Under the pieces are notes generated by a model that saw only the letters and a program-made list of their open reading frames with translations, did no database searches and was not told the DNA's origin. The translations under genes and the position numbers were made by a program. From Monocercomonoides exilis PA203 (Eukaryota > Protista > Preaxostyla): a stretch of 64,000 nt of DNA. The stretch spans positions 806,001 through 870,000 of the forward strand of contig LSRY02000039.1 in assembly GCA_001643675.2 (NCBI GenBank). Direction: 5' to 3'. Positions 10,801-22,800 of the stretch are shown here, in pieces (the first letter of the stretch is position 1; every line of letters starts with the position of its first letter).

Positions 10801-13800
10801 AAGGAGGCAAAGAGGGAGGCAGCGAGGGGGGTAAAGAAGAAGGAAGAGGAGGAGTTGGCAGAAGTTGCGGGGGAAGAGAGAGAAGAGGAGAAACAGGCAG
10901 AGGAAGGATGGGCAGATCTTCTGACCCCTCCGGAATGGGCAAAGGCGGAGGAAGCTCTTCATTTTCAGGAGGAAGAGGAGGCGATAACAAAAGAGGGGCT
11001 GGAGGAGAAGAAGGAGAAGAAGGAGAAGAAGGAGGAGACAAGTCATCAGCAGGCGGAGGAGGAGGAGAATGAGGAGGAGAAAGAGGCAAAGGAAGCTCTT
11101 CACTCGGCTTATTTCTCTTGTCAGCCACAATTTTGCTCAAAAATGAAAAGCCCTTTCTTCCCTTTCCTCCTCCTCCTCTGCCGCCCTTGTTATCACCATC
11201 ATCATTATCATCATTATTACCTTCATTATCATCTCCTTTTCTCCCTTCTTTCTTCTGTCTCTTCTTCAGGTTCTGCTTCTCTGAACAGTATTTCTTCCAT
11301 TGTGAAAGCATTTCCCGCTGCTTCTCACTCAACCTGTCATATTCCACTTCAGCTTTCCTCATAACATTTTCTATTTCATCTGTCAGTTTCATCAGAAGTG
11401 CTGAAACATCTCCGTTTTCTCCTTCGTCAATCAGCTTCTTCCACTCTTCTTTCTCTTCCTCGCTCAGCTCATCCATCATTTGCATCAGCAGAACTTTTCC
11501 TCTTCCTTTCCATTCACCTTCATCATCTCCATCTTCTTCTCCATAATACCCTTCCTTCAGCGTCAACTGCCCCATCCCTGAGTGAATATCAACTTCTCTC
11601 TGAAGCTCCTTCAACATCCTCTCCTTCTCTTTCCTCTGCTCCTCCTCTTCTCTTCTCTTCTCTTCCTTTTCAGCTGCCTCCCTCAGTTTTCTGATCGAAT
11701 CCTGCGCTGCTTTCTGCTGCAGAGCATAGCACGTCCCCACGGGAAAGAAAGTTGGCTCCCTTTTCGCAAACGCTGCCTCCATAAAGCTCTCATCTCCGTT
11801 CAGCTCGTTCTGATTCCCCGCTGCTATGAACTCTCTCAGCGCCACAAAGAAGCCAAACAGGCGCCAAGGGCTGTGCTGCGCCTCGATGTGCCGTGTGAAG
11901 CTGAGTCCCGCTCTGTCGAGGGAAGACTGGGGCAGACCACATACAAAGCACTGCGAAGACAAGCGGGCGTCTTTCTTCTCTCTCTCTTCTCGCAGCTCTC
12001 CAAAGGCGTCGATGATGATACCAGACACGATGTTGAAGAGGATCAGCATCGTGAGCATCCAACAGAGCAGCGAGAAGACGAAGTTGCCCAGTCGGTACCA
12101 CCACGGGTTGTACAAGTCCACTGCCCCAAACACCATCCGCAGCATGAGCCACTCACCACCCGTGGGAAACTGCCCCAGCAGAGCGAGAAAACAGCTCCAG
12201 ACACTCAAACACATCGAAGGCGAGGTCGGGTCTGTGTCATCGACAACAAGTGTGCTTGAGAAGAGGATTACACCAATGGCAGAGAAGATGTACAGAACGA
12301 GGAGGAACAAGGCGCCTGTGATGAGCAGCTGCTTCAGCGGGTGGGAGATGGAGTGCATTGCCTGCATGACTGACTTGTTCTGTGAGAAGAAGTCAAACAA
12401 AAGGACAGAGTAAAAACTTGGCTCCTTCGTCATCCCCAGATACGCCGATACCAAATACAAGATCTGAATGTAGTTCTGCTTGCGGGTGAAGAAGCCCAAC
12501 AGATAGCATTTCAGATGGAACCACTTGCTCGGCACGAAATGCCTGTCCTTCTGCAGCATCTTCCGCCGCTCTGTGAAGAAGCGCTGTTGGCAGATGACAA
12601 TCGTCTCCAGCCGCAGCTGGTACACAAACAGGAGTGTGCAGAATACCACGGCCACAATGCCAAACACTTCATACGCTTTCCACTGCCCTTCCTTCACACC
12701 AGGCTCATCAGATATGAACCCTTCCTCAAACAACATGAATAAGTTCAGCGCAATCACACAGATGTCGAATAAAATACGAATCAGCAGAAGAGATTTTCCA
12801 TTCACCAGCGCCGACCATGTGCGACCAACTCCTCGTCGCACCGACCGCAGCTTCTCCTTCACTTTCTTCACTCCTCTCGACCTCACCTCTCCTCCTCCAC
12901 CACCACCACTTCCTCCGCTGCCTCCTCCTCTCCCCTCTGATGATTGGTGATATTCATCCAAGTCCTCATAGTTGTTGCTCAGCTGCTGTGTCATCATCTT
13001 CTGCGCCGTCACGTCTGTGTTGCACTCCACCGACGGCGCCACATGTCCTGCACGATATCTCAGCCTCGCAATCTGATAGTACTCTTCACAGCACGACAAG
13101 AAGTGCGAGTGCTGCTCTGCCAGCGACGGCTGCGCACACTCCACAAGCAGCTGCGCCCGCTCTGCCTCGTTTATCTGGCTGGCTACAGGGTTACGCACAT
13201 AGAAGAGCTCCTGCACAATGCCGTTACGCATCACCTCGACAGATTCGATGAAAGAAGAGTAAAACACACGAGCAGCACGGAAAGGAATGCAGTTGAAGGG
13301 CATCAGCACTCGCAGAGAGGCAAAGGATGAGGCTGAGGCTGAGGCAGAAGAAGAGGATGATGATGATGATGATGATGAAGAAGAGGTTGTCATTGACGAG
13401 AAGTCTTGTTGTTCAGTCAAAAGAAAAGAGGGATGGTCACAGATTGGTGAAATCAACTGCATAAACAGCTGATTGCTTCGTTCTGCATCAGAAATGTTGT
13501 ATCTACTCAATTCAGTTCTATTTGAGCGATTTTTGTTTCTATCATTGGCAAATGGATTGAATGCAATATTATTATTGTTGTCAGAAGAAGAAGAAGAAGA
13601 AGAAGATTCCTGACTAACCGAAGACGCAAATGCAGTTGCTGCATTCAGCGAAGCAGCAGAGCCATTCGCCAAGCTTGTGACAGTCGAAACCCCCGCCCCG
13701 AAGTTGTTCATCAGCGACTTCCACGCAATCAGCATCTTCACCGCAGTGTTGTGCATGTCCTTCTTCAGCGCCGGGATCTCATGCACCGACCTCTCTCGGC

Positions 13801-16800
13801 TAAGCACAAAGTACTCGTTGATCCTCCTCCCCACACTCTTCAGCAGAGCTGTCTCGTTTGCCAGCTGCACCGCATTCACCACACCTGTGGGGCCTTCGAT
13901 GCAGCCGAGAAGCAGGTTCGTTGCTGCTGCCACGACTGTTCTTTCTCCATCTGCCTCTCTCAGAGTGTCTCCCACACTCCACTCACGCTGAATGAAAGAA
14001 CGAGAGAAAGATTTGTTGTCTGAAATCTGCTGCCACCGAGGCACTTTCAGAGCAACACAAACAGCTCCTTCGACTTCTCTCCTTTTTTTCTCTTCGGATT
14101 TCGACAGGTTCTCCAGAGAAAGCTTTTTCACAGCGTCTTTTGCAAAGCCAAGATGCAGCTGCTTCCCCAAAAACGAAGCAATTTTGCCTTCCTCCTCGCC
14201 GTCATTGCTTCCCCCGTTCATCCCATCTTCCTCCTCCTCCTCATTATCCTCCTCTTCCCCTGCATTCTCCATCAGCCCTCTCTTTGGAAGCGCCACCGAC
14301 AAGTCCACATCTGTCTGCATTGCCCACAGCCTCGACAAGCACTCTCTCCCTTGTGGTGTGCCTGTTATGCACTGCTGGTTGCCCACGCAGGGTCCTTGCA
14401 GCACTTCAGTGAGGGTGCGGATGGCGACAGTGATGTGAACCAAGTGGCGGAAGATGCCTGAGTGAGTGATGAGCGGCTCAGAGGCAAAAGAAGGGATAGG
14501 CATCTTCTCGGTGGTGGAACATTGAGGGTTTGGCTTATTGGTGGGGGTGTTTGAGGTAGAAGAAGATGAAGAGGAGGAGGAGGAGGAGGAAGAAGAAGAA
14601 GAAGAAGATGATGATGATGAAGACGGATGAGGAGGTGGTGGTGGAGGTGGAAGTGGTTTCAATGAATGAGAAGACTGTTTATCCATGTTATTTAAAATCT
14701 CATTCACAGCCTTCTCGATCACCTCCTTGTAGTCTTCCTGTTCTATTCCATGTGGCACAGAAGGAGGTAGAAGCGATGTCAGATACTCGATGATGATCTG
14801 CAGCAGGTTTATGCTTCCTTCTCCCTTCTGATCTCTTATCAAGTTCTGCGACTGCAAGTTGTGCCCTTCGCACAGCTGCGAAATGAACGAGAGAATTGCC
14901 TCGACCACAATCACCCTCTTTGACACTGTCTCAAACGTCTCCAGCTCTCCTTCCATCTTCTCCCAGATTCTGTTCAGGATCTGCTCTCGCCTCTCTTTCT
15001 CTGACTGCTGAGAAGAGGCAGCTGTTCTGTTTCTCACTTGCAATCCCTTGTCTTTTTCATTCCCTCCTGTTAACACTGTCTCCCCATCTGCTTTTGACAG
15101 TGTTTGTGAGAAATTAATCACCTCCTCCACCATCGCTGAGCGTGCAGCTGCCCCCATTCCCTTTGTCCACCATGGCTGCTGTCTGTTAATCTGCGTCTGG
15201 CTGACGAGCACACGTGCAATAGACAGCAAAACAGACTGTTGCCTCTGTCTGTGCGATGTGACATGGAAGAGAAGGGCATCTTCGGCCAGATGGCGCTGAA
15301 GAGACAGCCGCACCAGTGTCCTTGTGGAGGCAGACATCGGTGCAGATACAAAGAGAAAGAGAGAGGAAGAGCCAGAGGGATACAGAGAAGATGACAGCAC
15401 AGTTGCTGATGAGTCCAATGAGCGATACCGCTGAAGCTGCTGGTTGGATGTGCCATGCTCCTCCTCGTTGAATGTTTGCCATCCATCGGATTGATAGAGA
15501 ATGTCCCTCCTTCTCATTCCCCGCTGTGCCAGTTGCTCGTCCTGCAGCATCAGCCTCTTCAGTGCTGGATAAACATTCTCCACATTCAATGTGCCGTGTG
15601 CTTCGAATCCTTCAAACAGGAATGCCAGCTTCTCTCTAGCCATCCGCTCCATCAGAGCAGTCTGGTCGCTTCGTGCCTTTTTCTCGTTATTTTCTCTTCC
15701 TCCTCTCTGGCTGGTTGACTGCAACACACTTTCTCCTTCGTAATCATCAGACAGATCGCTGTAATAGTCATCATAGTCTTCATAATCAATGTCGGAGACT
15801 TCGCTGTAATTGCTGTCCGACGAATTCGACTCATCTGAACTGCTATCACTTTCGCTTGAATCACCTTGCCTGTTGGCATCTCCATCATCGCTCATTAAAG
15901 CATCCACTTTCCTCCCTTTCCCTTTCCTCCTCTCTCTTCCTTTCTCCTTCTCCTTCTCCTTCTCCTTCGTTTCCTCTCCAGCCAAGCACTTCAGCACTCT
16001 CTTCTGCACCTCGTCGTTTCCTTCGTTCAGCAGCGCCTGCAGCACTTTCATCCGCATCGTCTCAATTTGCATATCTCCTCTCTGCTCGGCCTTCAGCACA
16101 GCTTCTGTCACCCCGCTCTGCCCCAGCTGATCCTGCCTCTCTTTCAGAGGCTCAGTTTCTGGCTGTGGTGTGGAAAAGGAGAAAGGCAAACGTACGAGGA
16201 AGAAGAAGAAGTTCAGAATGGACAAGATGAGAGAGCGAGTGAGAGGAGAAGAGGAATCTGTTGAAGAAGAAGAGGAAAAGCTAACTGAAGAAGCAGAAGA
16301 AGATGATGATGAAGTAAAATGATTATTCTTTCCCTGATGCAACATGAGTTCAATCGAAGTGTGAGCAACGTTCGTGTCCACATCAAAAGCAGACAGCGGA
16401 GATGGGTTGAAGGCCTTCAAAAGTGCTGTTTTGGAAGGCGGGGCAGGCGGATTCAAAATACGCGCAATGTGCGAAAGGAGCGGGATGCTGCCATTGTCAA
16501 TGCTATTATTGCTGTTGTCATTCTCCGAGTTATCTGCAATCTGTGAAAGAATGAAGAACGAGTTGTATTCTTCAGTTTCTGTCTCGGATGAGAGAGCTTT
16601 TTGGAGGTGGAGGCAGTAGAGTTCCCAGAACTTGATGGCCTCTTGGGAGGTTTGGTCAGAGGAAAGAGAAAGTGCAGAGGTGGGTGAAAGAGAAGGAGGA
16701 GGAGAAGGAAGAGAAGAAGAAGAAGAAGAAGAAGTTGAAGATTCATAAGAATGAGAAGAAAAAGGAGAAGATGACTGTACAGTTTGAGAAAAAGCAAAGT

Positions 16801-19800
16801 TGAGACGCTGCAAAATGGCAGCAGAAGGAGGATATGCCAAAGTCGAAGGAATAAACGAGTTCTTCACAAAAGACTGGACAGAAGTCATTAATGAAGAAGA
16901 TGTCGATGATAATCTCAATTTGTGTGCAGACGCATAAAACTGATTCACCAGAGGCAAAGAATGACTCAGAGCATCTTCCAGCCCAGTAGCAGCATTATTC
17001 GCATCAGCAGCAATTTTATTGTCCTTTCTGAAGACATCCAGATAAACTGCACAATCATTCAGCTTTTCACCCATTTTCTCTGCTTCTTCTGCTATTGCGT
17101 GCCATTCTGCCTCATTTCCTTTCATTTTCTCTCTGATCGCCTTCAGATCTCTACTCGCACTGGCTTCGTTTCCTTCCTTCACTTTCTTCAGCTGCTGGGA
17201 CAAAAGCTGTTGTTGTCTGTCCATTTCTTCTGCTTCACTTCTCAATGTGCTGTTCAGCTGCTGTGTTGCCATAAGAACAGACGGAAGCAGAACCTCCTTC
17301 GCAAACACCGCTTTTGCTGTCTCCAGTTTGATTGCTTGAGGTTGGAAGGAGTGAGAATAAGAAGAGGAAGATGAGGAAGAAGAAGAAGAAGAAGATGATG
17401 ACATGGGAACAAAGCAACTGCAAATGTCAGAAAGCAACTGCATTGAATGAATCAGCTCATTTGATTCTTCTTCTTCATTATCATCTTTTCCTTCTTTTTC
17501 TTCTCCTCTTCTATTTCCTTGTTTAACATTCTCAGAGAACAGTGAAGTTGAGAACAAACTATTTGAGCAGCTGAGATAGGCGTGTGTGAAAAGATGCAAA
17601 AGTGAGGAAAGAAGCAAAAATGCTTCAGAAACAGAAAGAGAAGGTATCTTTTTCTGAGTTATTGTCGAATTAACAGAAGAAAGAGAATCATTTGAGTGCG
17701 ATGACGATGAAGTTGATATCAACGATGTAGCAAATGCTTTGAAACTATAACTTTTCTTCGCTTCATTATTCGCTTTAGAATCCTCTCTATCCCTCTGTCC
17801 CTTTTGTTTCATTCCCTCTGAAGATCCCAACCCAATCTTTTCCTTTCCCATCTCCTTCTCCTTCTCCTTCTCCTTCTCCTTCTCCTTCTCCTTCTCCAAC
17901 ACATTCAACACACACGCGATGCATTCATTCAGAATCCGCAGTGGAAACAGCAGCTGCACCCGCTTCTGCCCTTCTTTGTGCTTCGAGTGGCACACATCTC
18001 CCAAAAGACCCAGCAGATCAGCCAGCACAGCCGGAGTGAAAGTGGAAAGGGAAGACAAAAGTTCTTCTTCCGGAAGCGTCTTTTCGGAGAAATTATTTCG
18101 GCCTACTCGGAGAAATAGGACTGTGCGAGCGGTTAAAAGGAAAGTTTGTCCGGAAAAGGAGCGGAGAAATAGCCGTAGGATTGCAGACTGACAGAACAGA
18201 CGAGCTTGTGGGGTGATGACTGAAAGGAGGGAGGAAGATGAGGAAGATGAGGAAGATGAAGAGGATGAATATGACGCAGAATCAGTTGTACAGTGGAAGG
18301 AAGAAGCAGAACACGAAACACACAGCACTGACAAAAGCGTCAAATATGTCTCAATACATCTTGGTCTTGGGTCATCCAGCAACGCTGCTATCACAGAAGC
18401 AATTGTTGATAGAGAAATTGTCGATTTTTTTGCTCCTCCTTCGATCGCAGAATTACTAAGATCTTCTTCTCCTTCATCTTCGTCGTTATCATTATCATTA
18501 TCGCCTTCTCCTTCTTCATTCAAATTGTCTGATGAGTTAAGAGGAGATTGTCCATTAGAATCATCAGCATCTGCCTCGTATTCATTTGCACCGTTTCTTT
18601 GTGCATCATCTCCTTCAGCAAAGCCATTCAACCTTCCACTCCTCTCAATCTCCTCTTCTTCATCGCCTTCCCCTTCATCTCCTTCTCCTTCTCCTTCTCC
18701 TTCTCCAGCATCATCTGAATCACTTCCGCTGCTGCTGCCGATGTTAAAGAGAGAATTTGGGGCTGAACAGAAAATAGGCACGAGAATCTTGCTGATTGAG
18801 ACGTTGCATGGAACAAGCTCCACAAACGAGGGGATGAATGGAATGACAGACAAAGCAGCAGATGAAGAGGAAGAGAAGAAAGAAGAAGAAGAAGAGGAAG
18901 ATGCAGATGAAGATGAAGATGACAACGAAGAAGAGAAAGAGGACGAGGTTGAAGAAGAAGCGAGAGAAGGAGAAAGGGAAGGAGAAGCGGAAGCAGATAA
19001 TGAAGACGAGAGGGATGTGTTTGATAAAAGGCTGGCCAGGGCGTCTGTGCAGAGAGAGAAAAGAGGGCGAAGTGGAGGGCAGAAGGGAATGGAGAGCAAA
19101 TGGCACAAAAGAGAAGGGAAGTTGAGGAAGAGCACCAATTGCAGTGTGCCTGGAGATATCGCAGAGGAAGCAGAAATGTGCTTGGCTGCTGAGATTATCT
19201 GGTCAAACTCTTCTTTTGGAGAGAGAAGAGAAGAAGAAGAAGAAGAAGATGATGATGATGATGATGAATTGCTTTGGCTCTGCCACGTATCCCATGAATC
19301 GAATGCATATGACTTCTGAGTCCTTTTGTTTGGAGCTGCTGAAAGTGCAGCCAGCAGAGAGCGAGAAGGCGCAGGAGCGCCATGAACAACCAAGATGAAC
19401 GAGGCGACTGCAAACATCAGCTCATTCAGCGCGTCTGTCTGCGCTTTGCTCACTTCCTTTGTGTTCATCGCATTCTTCACTATGCTCCACCGGGTGCTTT
19501 TTTTGCTCTCTCCGTTTTGGCTTCCTTCTTCTCCTTCATTGTTTTTCCTTTCATTCGCATCGGTTTGTGATTGAGAAGCACCAGACAGTGCAGTATTCAT
19601 CTGCTGCGATGTTGCTATGCTCCTTCTTCTCTTCTCCATCAGCAACAACGATGACATTCGCCTATGAAGCGTCCTCCCACTTCTTCCCAACGTCCCTCCT
19701 CCATTCAGCACTTGATTCTCACTCTTAAATCCTCCTTCATTCATTTTCCTTCCTTCTCCCTCTTTTCCCACTTCTCCACCTTTTCCTTCCTTTCCCTCTG

Positions 19801-22800
19801 TTCCTTCCTCTCCTTCCTCTCCTTCCTCATACCCCCACACTGCTGCCATCTGACACACCACACTCAGCACCGTCTGGCTTGCCATGCACCCTGCCAGCTC
19901 CTTCAGCACATTCCACGCCTTCCAACTGTCTCTGCGGGCTATCAGCACAACCTGCGGAAGCTGCAGACAGAGCGAGCGAAACGGCTGTGTTACGAGGAAG
20001 AAGAGCGAAAGGGCGCTGGTGTGGAGTGTGCTGTTCTTTGAGCACAGAAGAGAGGAAAGGGCAGCAGGAAGACGAGTGCCTGTGAAGTGGGTGAGAGACA
20101 TTTGAGACAGCGTTTCTCTCACTTTTGTGGGGATGAAGGAAGTTTCAATTGCATTGCTGATTGAGCTATTAATTGAACTGCTGATTGCATTGTGTGTGGA
20201 AGTTTTGTTTGCATTCCCATTCGCATATCCTGCGTGTTTTGCTGTCTGCAAGCAATCAAACATGACAAAGGCAAGTCTTTCAGAGAGATTCAGCTGCTCA
20301 ATCAGCAAAAGAAGGTTGAGCACTTTTTTCTTCGTCTCAAGGATGGCTTCTTGGACCTGCTTGGGAAGAGGAAAACGAGGCGAATCTGAAACTCTTTTCA
20401 CTTTCTTCTTGAAAATGGAGCCGATCAAAGAGGATATATGCGAAAAGACGGAGGTCCCAAAGGAAGAAAAAACGGATTTTGAATTGCCTTTTTCATTGTT
20501 GGTTTCATTTCCTTCTCCTCCTTCTTCGTCTCCTTCTTCATCGCTGTCATCTCCTTCTTCATTGCCATCCAGTCTCTTGCTTTCTCCTCCTCCCTCTCTT
20601 CTCCTCTTATCCTTCTTCTTCCCTTTCCCTTTCTCCCTCGCACCCAATGGTGCATAATCCTGCTGCAGAAACGCAACCATCTCAGTCAGCGAACGAGCCA
20701 CAAACATTTCATCCAACATGCTCAAATTGCACACGCCACAGCTCAAAAGAGAAGAAAGAATCGAAATGCACTCACAAACAAAGGAGAGTTCGGTGTTGAT
20801 GCGCTGGCTGATGCGGGAGAGGAGAACGGGGGAGAGCTTGGAGAGGGAAGGAGGAGAGGTGGGGATGGGGAAGGGAAGAGGAGATGAGGAAGAGGAAGAG
20901 GAAGAGGAAGAAGAGGAGGATGGAGAGAGAGAAGAAGATGATGATGATGGTTGTAATGCTTGTAATGAAGAATACGAACTTGTTGATTGAGATCGAATCT
21001 TAGCTGCTGCTATGATGAGTGCGAGTGTGTCTGGAACTGATGACACCTCACGAAGCAGAAACAAGAAGGCTGATTTCTGAACAGAAGAAGAAGAAGAAAT
21101 AGAAGAAGAAGATGATGATGATGAGGAGGAGGAGGAGGAAGAGGAAGAAGAATTTGAAGAAGAATAGAATTTCGAATAATACAAGCTCAATTTGTCTTCA
21201 TCTGGCTTATCCCAAAAGAACAGAGGGACGTTGTTGATTGTGTCGAGATGGCTCCTCGTAAAAACATTGCTATTTTGTTTGCCTTGCTTCTTCAACAATC
21301 CAACTTCCCATTCAAAAACCTCATCCTTCTTCCATTTCTCAATCTTCGCATTCTCTTCTTTCTCTTCTTCATTATTTTCTCTCTTTCTTTTCTTTTCTCC
21401 TTCTTCTTCTTCTTCTTCTTCTTTGTTTGTTTGCGATAGCGTGTCAATATAAAGTGCAACCATCAGTTGTGTCAAACGCGACCGGAGAATCGGAGAAAAT
21501 GCAACAGAAGCGACAAGAGAAGAAGCATCTTTCGTGTGAGGATTGTTGTTAGGGTTGCTCTTTTGAGAAGGAGAAGAGGAGGAAGAAGAAGAAGAAGCTG
21601 ATGCTGATGATGAATTTTGCTGTTTATTTGAACGTTTAGTGTTCTTATTTGTTGAATTCTCATCATCATCATCTTCTTTTTTATTCATTGCCTCCAATCC
21701 AACATCTCCATTCAGCCAATGTTTCAGCATTTTAAAGGGGAAAAGATTTTTCAGTGTTCGAGACAAAACAGGATTCTTTGTTTTTGCTATGCTCAGCACA
21801 AACATTGAGAGAAAAGCAGAAGCAGAAGAGGAAATGTCACAGGATGTTTTGAAGGCGTCTAAGGAAGAAATGAAAGAAGAACGATGAGAGGAGGAGAAAG
21901 AAGAGGAGGAGGAAGCAACAAAAGAGGAAGAGGAAGAAGAAGATGAGGAGGAAGAAGAAGAATGAAGAGAAGATGAGGAGGAGGTGAAGAGGAGAGGGGT
22001 GTAGAATGGAAGAGGATATTTTTCACATGACATGATTGGGAGTGTGGAATGAGATGGTTTATGAGAAGAAGAAGAAGAAGGAGAGGAAGAAGAAGGACGA
22101 TGAGGCGGCGGTGGAGGTGGTGGAGAAGAAGAAGAAAAAAAATCTTTCGGCCGAAATCCATTTGATATTCTTTGAAGAGAAGCAGCAGGTGCAAAAGACT
22201 GGATAGCAGCATGTCGAAAGAGAGGGAAGACAAACAGAGAGGAAGGCAAACAGAGAGAAAGAACCTCAGAAAAGTTGGTGGCAAAGGAAGAGACGAAAGA
22301 AATGGCAGAGGAAAGGTCAGAGGAGAAGATGATAGGAGAAGAGGAAGAGGAAGAAGAAAAAGAAGAAGAAAGAGAAGAAGAAAGAGAAGAAGATAATGAA
22401 GAAGAAGATGATGATGATTGTGATTGTGAAAGAGCAGAAGAGAATACTGAAGTTCTTGCCGCAGTCTGTAGGACAGATGCTGAGTGAGCAAAAGAAGAAG
22501 GAAGCGAAAATGAGGCAGAAGAAGAAGAAGAAGAAGACAGTTCTGAAGAAAACTTATAAGCCGCAGGCATCGGAGTGGTGAATGCATCGTAGAAACAGTC
22601 GATGATTGGGTGGAAGTCGTCGAAAGCAGAATAATTCGAAGGCAAAATGATGAAACGCGAATTGGCTGACCAGCTTTCAAAGAGCAGGTCGCCTTTGTTT
22701 GATGGGAGAGAAGAAGAAGAGGAGGAAGAGGAAGAAGAAGAAGAGGGGGAATAAAGCAAGTCATTTCCATGGGCCTCGAAGGAGACAGATGTGGAAGTGC

